Shown here in pieces: positions 44,989 through 54,456 of a stretch of 64,000 nucleotides of DNA. The notes beneath the pieces are model-generated. The model was not told the DNA's origin. It saw nothing but the letters and a program-made list of their open reading frames with translations, and made no database searches. Origin of the DNA: Candidatus Latescibacterota bacterium (lineage in GTDB: Bacteria; Latescibacterota; UBA2968; GCA-2709665); NCBI GenBank assembly GCA_965116875.1, contig OZ220733.1, forward strand, positions 4,736,001 to 4,800,000. The letters are read 5' to 3'. The translations under genes and the position numbers were made by a program. How positions within the stretch are numbered: the first letter of the stretch is position 1; each line of letters starts with the position of its first letter.

Positions 44989-45972
44989 TCAGACCTGGTC
45001 CTGCCAGGACTCTTCGGCGCGCACCCGCTGCCTGAAATACCGGCGCAGCTTGCCCAGGGCGCGATTCCGGATCTGACGTACCCGTTCACGCGTGACACCC
45101 AGTTCCGTTCCGATTTCTCCAAGCGTCCTTCGTTCTCCGCCCTCCAGCCCAAAATAGGAGCGGATAACGTTGGCCTCCCTGGTATCGAGGCTTCCCGCGA
45201 GGGAGGCGTTGATCAGTTCGGTGCGGTCTCTTTCCAAAACTTCCAGATCCGGGTGGGCTTCGTCACAGTCGAGTACCTGCAGCAATGTCTTTTCGCCTTC
45301 AGCGTCGATCGGAGACTCCAGAGAGAGGTCCGAACGGGCGCATCGAAGCGCGCGTTCCGCACGCTTTCGACTGATATTCATGTCTGTGGCCACCTCTTCG
45401 ACCGTCGGCACCCGTCCCAACTCCTGCGTCATCTGGCCCCATCTCCGGGCCATGCGGTCCATGTCTTCCTGCCGATTTGCAGGCATGGACACCGCCGAGG
45501 TGCGTTTCAGCGCATTCAGTATCGCCTGGCGTATCCACCAGACGGCATAGCTGATGAACTTGTACCCGCGGGTTTCGTCAAACCGGTTCAGGGCTTCCAT
45601 CAACCCCATGTTGCCTTCGGCGATCAGATCCGAGAGCGGCACGCCACGGCCCTGGTATTCGAGGGCAACGCTCACGACAAAGCGCAAGTTGGAGGTGACG
45701 AGCCGCTCAATCGCCTTGGGATCGCCCTTCCGGGCCCGGGCAAGCGTTTCCGTCTCCTCTTTGCGCGTCATCGGGGGATACCGGCGCAGTTCCTTCAGGT
45801 ATCGCTGCACGGAGGCGTCATGAGGCAGACGCTTCTTTGTCGGTTCCTGGAAGTCCAAAGCTGGCTTCAACCCCTTTGCGACTGTGAAGCCGCCGTCCGG
45901 ATCCGCCGGCGTTTCCGGAACGGATGTGGATCGACGTACGATTGGAACGACCTGGACGCGCGAAAGTTCCAC
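44989..45972 (-). CDS. RNA polymerase sigma-70 factor (RpoD/SigA family, lacking region 1.1)
   Basis: YLKEL, NLRFVVSVA, EGNMGL, KFISYAVWWIRQ, TL.EIG..LGVTRERVRQI. Start uncertain. Confidence 0.92.
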   Translation of the reverse strand: MELSRVQVVPIVRRSTSVPETPADPDGGFTVAKGLKPALDFQEPTKKRLPHDASVQRYLKELRRYPPMTRKEETETLARARKGDPKAIERLVTSNLRFVVSVALEYQGRGVPLSDLIAEGNMGLMEALNRFDETRGYKFISYAVWWIRQAILNALKRTSAVSMPANRQEDMDRMARRWGQMTQELGRVPTVEEVATDMNISRKRAERALRCARSDLSLESPIDAEGEKTLLQVLDCDEAHPDLEVLERDRTELINASLAGSLDTREANVIRSYFGLEGGERRTLGEIGTELGVTRERVRQIRNRALGKLRRYFRQRVRAEESWQDQV

Positions 45973-46055
45973 TTTCCTGGGGTCGCGGAATCACTGGCGC
46001 AAACCCCGGTATCGCATTCCCGGATCGCTATCCCCGAATGCCAGTGCGCGGATGG

Positions 46056-46094
46056 AAAAGAAAAAAGCGAGCCGTCGATACTTCGACGGCTCGC
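46056..46094 (-). terminator. Intrinsic terminator after tRNA-Arg
   Basis: Minus strand GCGAGCCGTCGA-N4-TCGACGGCTCGC followed by a T-run. Confidence 0.85.
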
Positions 46095-46106
46095 CTTGAA
46101 TCGGCA

Positions 46107-46184
46107 TGGTGGGACATACAGGATTCGAACCTGTGACCTCTGGTTCCGGAGACCAGCGCTCTATCCAGACTGAGCTAATGCCCC
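46107..46184 (-). tRNA. tRNA-Arg (anticodon CCG)
   Basis: GGGGCAT acceptor stem, CTGGT-CTCCGGA-ACCAG anticodon arm, GGTTCGAATCC, encoded CCA. Confidence 0.96.
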
Positions 46185-46203
46185 GCTGGATCCTTGAAAT
46201 TGG

Positions 46204-46293
46204 TCAGGTTTTCTTGTGGCGATCTCTTCTGCGACGTTTCTTGCGCTTGTGAGTCGCGATCTTGTGGCGCTTTCGTTTTCTTCCGCAGGGCAA
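46204..46293 (-). CDS. Small basic ribosomal protein bS22 (AURKAIP1/COX24/mS38 family)
   Basis: Below the ORF-track cutoff. TTG start with GGAG RBS gives MPCGRKRKRHKIATHKRKKRRRRDRHKKT* (29 aa), matching the family pattern MP.G.KRKRHK.ATHKRKKR.R..RHK. Confidence 0.85.
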   Translation of the reverse strand: MPCGRKRKRHKIATHKRKKRRRRDRHKKT

Positions 46294-46336
46294 TTAATGC
46301 TCCTTCTTGTGAGACTGACATGGGTGCGACACGATT

Positions 46337-46624
46337 TCAGTCCGCCTGCTCATCCGTGAGACCTGCCCGCAATTCCCTGGAAGGTTTGAAAACCGGTGCG
46401 GGGCGTTCCGGAATTTCAACAACATCGCCGGTTTTGGGATTGCGCCCGATCCGGGGCGCCCGGGTCACAACCTTGAACGTCCCGAAACCTCGAATTTCGA
46501 TGTGCTCGCCATGTTTCAATGCCGCCACAACCGAGTCGAGGAAACCCTCCACGACAGCCGCCGTATCCGATTTCGGCAACCCTGTGGCCGCTGCAATCTG
46601 ATTGACGATATCGGCTTTGGTCAC
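46337..46624 (-). CDS. HU/IHF family DNA-binding protein
   Basis: MTKADIV, IEIRGFGTF, GRNPKTG, FKPS. Confidence 0.95.
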   Translation of the reverse strand: MTKADIVNQIAAATGLPKSDTAAVVEGFLDSVVAALKHGEHIEIRGFGTFKVVTRAPRIGRNPKTGDVVEIPERPAPVFKPSRELRAGLTDEQAD

Positions 46625-46696
46625 CGAATCCCCTTTCGAGACTGGCTAATGACTCAACGAAAAACACACGTGTCGAATTGGTTTGGACAAGCGACA

Positions 46697-46725
46697 AGGA
46701 TATAAAAATGGAATCGCTTTGTCAA
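46697..46725 (-). promoter_or_regulatory. Putative sigma-70 promoter for HU-bS22-tRNA-Arg
   Basis: Minus strand TTGACA-N17-TATCCT. Confidence 0.55.
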
Positions 46726-46736
46726 CAAAAAACAGT

Positions 46737-48521
46737 CTACTGCCGGGCGCTGCCGATGTACTGCAGTGTGTGAAGCCGGTGATAGATCCCCTTTGCGGCC
46801 AACAGGGCTTCGTGGGTGCCCGTTTCCCGGATTTCACCCTTATGAATCACAAGAATCCGGTTCGCGCGCCGAACGGTTGAAATGCGATGCGCGATCACGA
46901 TTGAAGTCCTCGACCGCATCAATCTTCCCACGGCATCCTGAATCCAGGCCTCCGTTTCGGTGTCAATGCTGGACGTGGCTTCATCCAGGACAAGAACGTC
47001 CGGATCAAACGCGATTGCCCGCGCAAAGGCCAGCAGCTGCTTCTGACCGCCGGAGAGGGTACCGCCCATTTCGGTAACGGCATGCCCGTATCCCCCCGGA
47101 AGCCGACTGATAAATCGGTCGGCGTTGACGTCCCTCGCCGCCTGTTCCACGCTTTGCTCCGAGATCTCGCGGCTTCTCAAGCGGATATTCGCCCCGATAT
47201 CCCCTGAAAAGAGGAAGACATCCTGCTGGACGACGCCAATGCGCCGCCTCAATGCCTCCACGTCCCACTCCTTGATGTCGACACCGTCAATTCGAATTCG
47301 CCCGCGTTGAATGTCATAGAACCTGCATAGAAGGTTGATAATGGTCGTCTTTCCGGAGCCGGTCGCGCCGACGACAGCCAGGCGTTCCCCCGGTTTCACC
47401 ACGAACGAAACGCCCTTGAGTACCCAGTCGTCGTTGTTGTATGCGAACCAGACGTCTGAAAACTCGATCTCGCCCCGGATCTTCTTCGGCCCGGCCCTGT
47501 CCAGGCCCGGCTCCGGCGGGGTATCCAGAAGTTCAAATATCCGCTCCGACGACGCCATCGCCGCCTGGAGAATCGCGTACCGTTCCGCAACGTCCAGAAT
47601 GGGCCAGAAGAACCGGGGAATGTACTGCAGCATGGCGACCAGAGCGCCCCATTCGATCTGCGCCCGGACGACGTCGCTGCTGCCCTGCCAGATAACCAGC
47701 GCCGTGGCGATGGAACCCAGCAATTGCATAATCGGAAAATAGAGCGAATAATATAGCGTAGACTCCAGATTCGCACTCAGGTACCGGCCGTTGATTCCGT
47801 CAAATCGATCCGCATGGCGGCCTTCCCGACCAAAAAGCTGCACGACCGGCATACCCGTGATATTTTCCTGTAAATAGGCGTTCAGGCGCGCCAACCGGCT
47901 GCGCGCGAGGCGAAATGCGCGCAACATTCGGCCTTGAAACCAGAATGTCACTCCGAACATTACCGGCACCGTAGCGCAGACCAGCAGCGCCAGAGACGCG
48001 TCCATGTAGAACATATACGCCATAATCGCGATCAGCGTGAATATATCGCTGAAAACGGCTACGACCCCGTCCGTAAACAACTCGTTGAGCGCGTCCACGT
48101 CATTTGTGTTTCGGGTCATCAGGCGTCCGATCGGCGTGCGGTCGAAAAACCGTACGGGCAACCGTTGAAGATGCCCGAATATCGCCTTTCGGATGTCGTA
48201 CATCACCCACTGCCCAACCATCTGTGTAACCATCCTCTGGGCCACGTCGGCCAGGAACTGAAACACAAGCAGGCCCACAAACACCAGGACGATCGCGTTC
48301 AAACCCGCCAGGTCTCCCGGCAGGATGTGGTCGTCCACGGCAATCTTGCTCAGATAGGGACCGGCCTGCCTGGCCGCCGACGTCACGAGAATGAGCAGGA
48401 ATGCGACAATTACCCAGGTCGTGTACGGCTTGAGGTAACCCAGAAGACGCCACATCAACCGGGCGTCGAACGGCTTCCGGGTTATTTCTTCTTCGTGCAT
48501 GTCGCGGGTTGGGTCAGGCAT
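46737..48521 (-). CDS. ABC exporter, fused permease/ATPase (MdlB-like)
   Basis: TM domain plus GATGSGKT, LSGGQKQ, LDEATS, IAHR. Confidence 0.92.
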   Translation of the reverse strand: MPDPTRDMHEEEITRKPFDARLMWRLLGYLKPYTTWVIVAFLLILVTSAARQAGPYLSKIAVDDHILPGDLAGLNAIVLVFVGLLVFQFLADVAQRMVTQMVGQWVMYDIRKAIFGHLQRLPVRFFDRTPIGRLMTRNTNDVDALNELFTDGVVAVFSDIFTLIAIMAYMFYMDASLALLVCATVPVMFGVTFWFQGRMLRAFRLARSRLARLNAYLQENITGMPVVQLFGREGRHADRFDGINGRYLSANLESTLYYSLYFPIMQLLGSIATALVIWQGSSDVVRAQIEWGALVAMLQYIPRFFWPILDVAERYAILQAAMASSERIFELLDTPPEPGLDRAGPKKIRGEIEFSDVWFAYNNDDWVLKGVSFVVKPGERLAVVGATGSGKTTIINLLCRFYDIQRGRIRIDGVDIKEWDVEALRRRIGVVQQDVFLFSGDIGANIRLRSREISEQSVEQAARDVNADRFISRLPGGYGHAVTEMGGTLSGGQKQLLAFARAIAFDPDVLVLDEATSSIDTETEAWIQDAVGRLMRSRTSIVIAHRISTVRRANRILVIHKGEIRETGTHEALLAAKGIYHRLHTLQYIGSARQ

Positions 48522-48561
48522 TCAGGGCTCACGCACTCGAACTGGTGATGATTCCGATGGT

Positions 48562-50343
48562 TCAGATTTCATCCAGTTCGCGGGTCAACTGCTGACGGCG
48601 GTGCATGGCGGCATAGATTCCGCCCTTGCTGATCAGTGCGTCGTGGGTGCCGCGTTCGGCAATGGCCCCCTCATCCAGTACCACGATCTGATCCGCATCC
48701 TGAACGGTTGAAATACGGTGTGCAATCAGTATGGTGGTTCTGAACTTCATGGCGTCTCGCAGGCGATTCAATATCCTCTCTTCAGTCTGGGTATCGACGC
48801 TGGCCAGCGCATCGTCCAGGATGAGGATCTCCGGTCGACGGATCACTGCCCGGGCCAACGCCGTACGCTGCTTCTGGCCTCCCGAAAGTGTGACCCCGCG
48901 TTCTCCAATTACCGTTTCGATCCCGTCGGGGAAACTCGCGAGATCGTCCGAAAGGCCGGCAATTTCGCCGGCCCACCGTACGTCCGTCTCGGTCGCTCCG
49001 TCGCTCCCGAGGCTGATATTCTCCCGAAGCGACTCCGAAAAAAGGAACGTATCCTGCGGAACAAAACCGATGCAGTCGCGAAGCGTGGCCAGAGGGATCT
49101 CTTCCACCGGAATACCGTCGATCAGCACGGCGCCCCGCGGCGCCTGGATCAGTCTCGGAATCAGGCGCGCCAGCGTGGTTTTTCCGGATCCCACGCGTCC
49201 GACCAGTGCCAGGGTGCTGCCCCTTGGGATACGCAGGTCGATGTTCTTCAGAACCGGGACGCCGTTGTACGAAAAGGTAAGATCCCGGAACTCGATCTCA
49301 CCGTCGAGCGCTCCGACGGCCCTGGTCTGCGCCGAATCCTGAATTTCGGGCGTCGTCGCAAGGATCTCCTCAATTCGCTTCATGGACGCCAGACCTCGCT
49401 GGTACCGATCGATCATCCAGCCCAGGGTAATCATCGGAAAGATCAGCTTGGTCAGGTAGGCGTTGAATGCCACGAAATCCCCAAGGGTCAGGCGCCCGGC
49501 GATCACGTTTGCCCCTCCGATCCAGAGAATGACCGCGAGGGACGCGCCGCTGATCAGAAAGGTCAAGGGAAAGAGAAGACTCTGGATACGGATCAGGCTG
49601 CGGTTCTTTACCAGGTAGTCACGGCTCAGTTCGTCGAACGCATCCATCTCCGCGCGGCCCTGGGCGAATGCCTTGACCACCCGGATGCCGGACAGGTTCT
49701 CCTGGACACGCGCGCTGATTCGCGAAAACTGTTCCTGCACGGATCGAAATCCGTGATGGACCCTGCCGGCCAGTCGATTCATGACCAGAGCCATCACGGG
49801 CATCGGCAACACCGCAAGAATCGCAAGCTTCCAGTCGATCCAGCACATCACCAGCATGCTGAGGGAAAGACCCAGGACCGCGCCAAACAACATGCGCACG
49901 CCGAATCCCAGAAACATTCGTACAGCGTCCATGTCGTTGGTCGCCCTGGAAATCAGATCTCCCGTCGGCGTCCGGTGGAAGTAGCTGAGGGACAGCCTCA
50001 ACAAAGCCTTGAAATATTCCCGTCGTATATCATACTCGACGAGTCGCGAAACGCTGTTCAGGCACCAGCGCATGCCCATTTCCAGCCCCATCTGCGCGAT
50101 AGCAAGACCAACGATCAGCAATGCCCAGAAAACAACCTGCTCGCCGATGCTTCCCCCCGGGAGGTCGACTCCGCCAGGTGCGCCGTCCAACCCCTCTTTT
50201 ACCAGATCGACCGCCTCCCGTAACGCAAGAGGAATCGCGCTGGACGCCAGTTGTCCGATCGACAACAGCAGCAGACCCGTCAGGATGCGGTTCCTGTAGG
50301 GTCTCAGATGCGTCCGGAAGGGCCTGAAGGGATTGATCGTCAT
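48562..50343 (-). CDS. ABC exporter, fused permease/ATPase (MdlA-like)
   Basis: TM domain plus GRVGSGKT, LSGGQKQR and a degenerate Walker B (LDD); start MTINPF at 50343; likely heterodimer partner of the adjacent gene. Confidence 0.92.
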   Translation of the reverse strand: MTINPFRPFRTHLRPYRNRILTGLLLLSIGQLASSAIPLALREAVDLVKEGLDGAPGGVDLPGGSIGEQVVFWALLIVGLAIAQMGLEMGMRWCLNSVSRLVEYDIRREYFKALLRLSLSYFHRTPTGDLISRATNDMDAVRMFLGFGVRMLFGAVLGLSLSMLVMCWIDWKLAILAVLPMPVMALVMNRLAGRVHHGFRSVQEQFSRISARVQENLSGIRVVKAFAQGRAEMDAFDELSRDYLVKNRSLIRIQSLLFPLTFLISGASLAVILWIGGANVIAGRLTLGDFVAFNAYLTKLIFPMITLGWMIDRYQRGLASMKRIEEILATTPEIQDSAQTRAVGALDGEIEFRDLTFSYNGVPVLKNIDLRIPRGSTLALVGRVGSGKTTLARLIPRLIQAPRGAVLIDGIPVEEIPLATLRDCIGFVPQDTFLFSESLRENISLGSDGATETDVRWAGEIAGLSDDLASFPDGIETVIGERGVTLSGGQKQRTALARAVIRRPEILILDDALASVDTQTEERILNRLRDAMKFRTTILIAHRISTVQDADQIVVLDEGAIAERGTHDALISKGGIYAAMHRRQQLTRELDEI

Positions 50344-50381
50344 CAGCGAATCCTGTTTGCGATGATACGGCAGTCCGCCGG

Positions 50382-50699
50382 CTACAGGTCGGCGTGCCAC
50401 CGATATACGTCCAGGTCGACTCTCCCGTTTACGAACGTCACGCCTTCGGCCTCGAGAAGCCGTTCCTGGACCAGGTGCGCCTTTGCGGAGCCGGTACGAA
50501 TGGACACGGTCCCTCGTGCGTTGATCACCCGGTGCCAGGGACACCTGGTGTGGGCCGGCAATGCCTTGAGCGCCTGTCCCACCTGCCTGGGACCCACCCC
50601 CACAATTCCGGCAATCTGGCCGTATGTGGCCACGGTCCCTTCGGGAATTCGGCCGACCACCCGGTAAATCCTTCGAAACGTGCGTTCAAATTCCGGCAT
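50382..50699 (-). CDS. Alkyltransferase-like protein (ATL, MGMT family)
   Basis: IPEGTVATYGQIA, RQVG, PWHRV (Trp in place of the catalytic Cys), LEAEGV. Confidence 0.88.
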   Translation of the reverse strand: MPEFERTFRRIYRVVGRIPEGTVATYGQIAGIVGVGPRQVGQALKALPAHTRCPWHRVINARGTVSIRTGSAKAHLVQERLLEAEGVTFVNGRVDLDVYRWHADL

Positions 50700-50767
50700 T
50701 TCGTTCGCGATCCGTGCGCAAATCACGGATACTCCCGGATCCGATCCGCGGGACGGAAGAAGGCGGC

Positions 50768-51826
50768 CTACCGATGCGGTCCATAGTTTGTCCGCAGCCA
50801 ATCTTCCAGATATCGTGAGGGGTCCGTCTGAGACTCGCATTCCTTGAAGACCCGGACGGCTGCATTAAGATCCGCACCGACCGCCCGGTACACGTCATCG
50901 AAGACGTCGATTTCTTCGTGGTAGGTTCGATAGGCCATCATCACGGCATTGTTCAACCGCCGCCGGGGAAAGCGGGAATATGCGCCGGTCTTCAGATCCA
51001 GCCGGGAGAAGCGGTGCTTCGCACGTTCGAAGATCACCTCTCGTTCCTTCAGCTTCTCTCCGTACGAGCGTTCCGAATCATAGATCGCCTGGAGTTCTCC
51101 GGCGACGTCGCGCATGAACCGCCTGAACGTCCGTTCATCGGACCGCCTGTCCAGCATGCCAGACACGACAGAATTCTCCTGTCCGTGACGCTGCCGCATG
51201 AACTGCAGGGCGCCCGCCTCTCCCACAAAGGTCGCCAGGCTTTCATTGAAGGAGACCCGGCCCGGTATCCACACCGTGGCATGTGCCAACTCATGAATGA
51301 TGAGCTCGGCCAGGTCGCCGTCGCGATAACGCAGCATCGTACTCAGGATCGGGTCTGCGAACCAGCCCAGGGTACTGTAAGCGCCAACGGGGCGCAATAA
51401 CGTATCGAAATCCCGCGCCTCCAGTCGGTCCCGGTCCTTCTTCGCCCGGTCCAGATCAAAATAACCCCGGTAGGGAAAACGTCCCACTACCGGGTACGTC
51501 CATTGAACGGGCTCGATCCGGTCCTTTGGCGACGCGGTCAGCTGCCAGGAAACCGGTCCTTCGCCGATATCGATGTACGTGGTGTAATTGCGGGATCGGG
51601 CAAGCCCGATCCGTTGTTCCCCGAACCGTCGCACTTCCTGGATGAATTCGAGCCGTTCCCGGACCCGCGGGTCCAGACTCCGGTCCCCAAGCATGTTCGA
51701 GACGGGCTGCCGGTTCCAGAGCAACTGCGCCTGGCCGAGGACAAGGTGCCAATAGTACCCGAGTTCCAGGTTGAATCCGCACATCAGGGGCAGTATAGCG
51801 ATCATGGTCGAGCGGGTGAGGCTCAT
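50768..51826 (-). CDS. Putative zinc aminopeptidase (DUF2265 type)
   Basis: YRGYF, AYSTLGWF.DP, HELAH, FNESLATFV. Confidence 0.85.
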   Translation of the reverse strand: MSLTRSTMIAILPLMCGFNLELGYYWHLVLGQAQLLWNRQPVSNMLGDRSLDPRVRERLEFIQEVRRFGEQRIGLARSRNYTTYIDIGEGPVSWQLTASPKDRIEPVQWTYPVVGRFPYRGYFDLDRAKKDRDRLEARDFDTLLRPVGAYSTLGWFADPILSTMLRYRDGDLAELIIHELAHATVWIPGRVSFNESLATFVGEAGALQFMRQRHGQENSVVSGMLDRRSDERTFRRFMRDVAGELQAIYDSERSYGEKLKEREVIFERAKHRFSRLDLKTGAYSRFPRRRLNNAVMMAYRTYHEEIDVFDDVYRAVGADLNAAVRVFKECESQTDPSRYLEDWLRTNYGPHR

Positions 51827-52398
51827 TTCGACCGTTCCGCATCCATAAAATAGTAGCAGACGATGTGCTGCAGAACCAGGTGGACGTCCTCAACCCTCCC
51901 CATGTGGTCGGATTCCACGACGATGCAGTGGCACACCAGATCTTTCAGCATTCCGCCGCCGAATCCGGCAAAACCGACCGTGTGGCAGCCCCTCCCGTTT
52001 GCAAAACGCACGGCCCGGAGGACGTTTTCTGAATTCCCGCTCCCGCTGATCGCCAGCAGTACGTCTCCGGGTTCCGCGAAGTTTTTCAACTGCTCGACAA
52101 ACACGTCCTCGTAACTCAGGTCGTTGCTCAGCGCCGTCATCCACTCCACGTTGTCGGTCAGCGGAATCACCTTGAAACGGGCCTCCCGGCCCACCGACGC
52201 CCCCTTTCCCAAATCGTTCACGAAGTGGGAGGCCGTACTGGCGCTACCTCCATTTCCGATAGCGAAAATTCGCTTTCCGGAATCCCTGGCTTCCCGCATG
52301 AGCGTGATGACGGACGCGATGTCCGCGGGATTCAGCGAGGCCAGGAGTCTTTCATTTTCACGGATGTATCGTGCGGCGAAGTTTTCGATGGATTCCAT
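51823..52398 (-). CDS. SIS-domain phosphosugar isomerase (GmhA-like)
   Basis: GNGGSA, TALSND, ISGSGNSENV, EDVH. Confidence 0.88.
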   Translation of the reverse strand: MESIENFAARYIRENERLLASLNPADIASVITLMREARDSGKRIFAIGNGGSASTASHFVNDLGKGASVGREARFKVIPLTDNVEWMTALSNDLSYEDVFVEQLKNFAEPGDVLLAISGSGNSENVLRAVRFANGRGCHTVGFAGFGGGMLKDLVCHCIVVESDHMGRVEDVHLVLQHIVCYYFMDAERSK

Positions 52399-52467
52399 GA
52401 GGTTCCCCGGCGTTTTGGCGCGATCACGTACTCCGCGCCGTCCGGACCCTTTCGCAACGCAGCCCGG

Positions 52468-53346
52468 TCAGTCGCGGGAATACAAACCCGCCGCCCGCCA
52501 CGCTTCGTCCAGCCCCCGGTGGGTCATACGCACCGCTTCACCGGCCGGAAGCTCCCCGACCATCCGGCTGAAGGGCTCCGGCGAAACGGGGCCGGCGTAT
52601 CCGATCTCGTTCAACGCGCTCAGGAAACCTGCCAGGTCGATCACGCCGGTTTCTGAGGGAAGCGCGCGAACGTGATCGATCTGTTCTTCCACGTCCACTC
52701 CCCGCGGTGCGTCGTTCACATGGACGTGGATAACGTCGCGCGGCGCGAGCGCCCTGACATCCGCGAGCGTGCCCAACGACGTATACCAGTGCCAGCAATC
52801 CAGCAGCAGACCCGCGTTGCCGGTCCCCAGCGCCTCGCAGAATCCCAGCATCCCACCGATGGAGTGTATAAAACCGTACCGTCTGCCAAGACGCAGCGTC
52901 CTCGGACCGATGAATTCCAGCCCGAGGCTGCAACCATGGTCCTTCAATACCTCGCAAATCGGGCGCAGGCGGTCCAGACACCACCGGAACTGCTCGCGGA
53001 AGGGCCGCTCGTCGGAAGCCGGTGCAATCCACTGCGAGACCCGGAAAGCGCCCACGGACGCGGCAGCGGCCGCCAACGCCGGCAATGCGTGCAAATCCCG
53101 CTCATAGTCCTCGAGGGGACCGTTCCAGGAAACCGGCAATCCCCATGCGCCGATCTTCAAGCCTGCATCGCGGAACAGCCCCGTGACGTGGTCCGCGCCT
53201 TTTTCTCGCACACAATCCGCCACCTCTCGAATGTGGACGTCCAGACCCTGAAATCCCGCGGATCCTGCCAATTCGAGCCCTTCCGAGAGCGTCGCTTTGA
53301 CACCGACGGCGCCCGGCGCCAGAGACTTGAACATGCGGTCCTCCAT
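52468..53346 (-). CDS. Sugar phosphate isomerase/epimerase (xylose-isomerase-like TIM barrel)
   Basis: LGLEF, LLDCWH, HVHVND, R..P..G..D, Y.GPVSPE. Confidence 0.85.
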   Translation of the reverse strand: MEDRMFKSLAPGAVGVKATLSEGLELAGSAGFQGLDVHIREVADCVREKGADHVTGLFRDAGLKIGAWGLPVSWNGPLEDYERDLHALPALAAAAASVGAFRVSQWIAPASDERPFREQFRWCLDRLRPICEVLKDHGCSLGLEFIGPRTLRLGRRYGFIHSIGGMLGFCEALGTGNAGLLLDCWHWYTSLGTLADVRALAPRDVIHVHVNDAPRGVDVEEQIDHVRALPSETGVIDLAGFLSALNEIGYAGPVSPEPFSRMVGELPAGEAVRMTHRGLDEAWRAAGLYSRD

Positions 53347-53349
53347 TGA

Positions 53350-54447
53350 TCAATTCAACGCCACGGCGTGCGCTTTCAGCACATCCGGGTTCAGTTCCAC
53401 CCCGAGACCGGGCCGCCGGCCGGGTCGGATGCGGCCGTTGACGATTTCTTCCGGCTGGAGGGTCAACTCCTTTCGCCACGCCACCTCGCCCCACCCATAT
53501 TCCAGAACCAGAAAGCCCGGCCGGGTGACCATGACGTGCATACCGGCGCTGATTGCAACCGGCCCGAACGGACCGTGCGGCGCCGTGGGTACTCCGAACC
53601 TCTCCGCCATTTCAGCGATCGACTTCAGCTTCGCGATACCGCCCACAACCGTTACGTCCGGCATGATCACGTCCATCGCTGCGTTCTCCATCACCTCCCG
53701 GAACTCACGTCCCTCCATTCGCCCTTCGCCGCCGGCCGTCCGCAGCCCGCATCGCCTGTTCACCTCGACAACGGCACCCAATTCAACTTCGGGAACAGGT
53801 TGTTCGAACCAATAAACGTCCAGATCACGCAGCGCAGCGGCGGTTTCCAGCGCGCCCCTGACGGTAAATCGGCTGTGGCAGTCAACCAGTAAATCCACTT
53901 CCGATCCCACCGCCCGGCGGACCGCCTGTACCTTGGCGACGCCCGGCAACGCGTCCGCCGCCGAGTCGATATCTCGACGCATCTCGTCAAAGGGCGCCAG
54001 CTTGACGGCATCGAATCCCTCTCCGACCGCCCGGGCGGCCAGGGACGCGAAGTTCTCAGGGCTGCGATCCTGCGATGCCCTGTTTATATTGGCATAGAGG
54101 CGGACATCGTCGCGAACGGGTCCCCCCAGAAGTGTGCAGACCGGAACGTCGAGCGACTTTCCGAGAATATCCCAAAGCGCCTGTTCCAGCGCGCTGACGG
54201 CGCCGAACGTATCCCTGTCGCAGCCGGTTCGCGTAAACCGGTTCAGGAAGTCCCGAATCCCGCGTGGATCCCTGCCCAGCAGCCATTCGGACAATTCCTT
54301 CGTGGCCCGAATCCTGCCGGCGTAGTTCCTGCCGGCGCGCAATTCCCCGAGGCCGCGCAGGCCCTCGTCGGTATTGACGCGAACAAAGACCCAGTCTCCG
54401 CGATGATTCACCCCGACGGCGACCAGATCGACACCCGTAATTTTCAT
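53350..54447 (-). CDS. Mandelate racemase/galactonate dehydratase-like enolase-superfamily protein
   Basis: ALWDILGK...P...LLGG, YANIN, VDCH, FEQP, GGE, APH, PGLG. Confidence 0.88.
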   Translation of the reverse strand: MKITGVDLVAVGVNHRGDWVFVRVNTDEGLRGLGELRAGRNYAGRIRATKELSEWLLGRDPRGIRDFLNRFTRTGCDRDTFGAVSALEQALWDILGKSLDVPVCTLLGGPVRDDVRLYANINRASQDRSPENFASLAARAVGEGFDAVKLAPFDEMRRDIDSAADALPGVAKVQAVRRAVGSEVDLLVDCHSRFTVRGALETAAALRDLDVYWFEQPVPEVELGAVVEVNRRCGLRTAGGEGRMEGREFREVMENAAMDVIMPDVTVVGGIAKLKSIAEMAERFGVPTAPHGPFGPVAISAGMHVMVTRPGFLVLEYGWGEVAWRKELTLQPEEIVNGRIRPGRRPGLGVELNPDVLKAHAVALN

Positions 54448-54456
54448 CCCGTCGAC

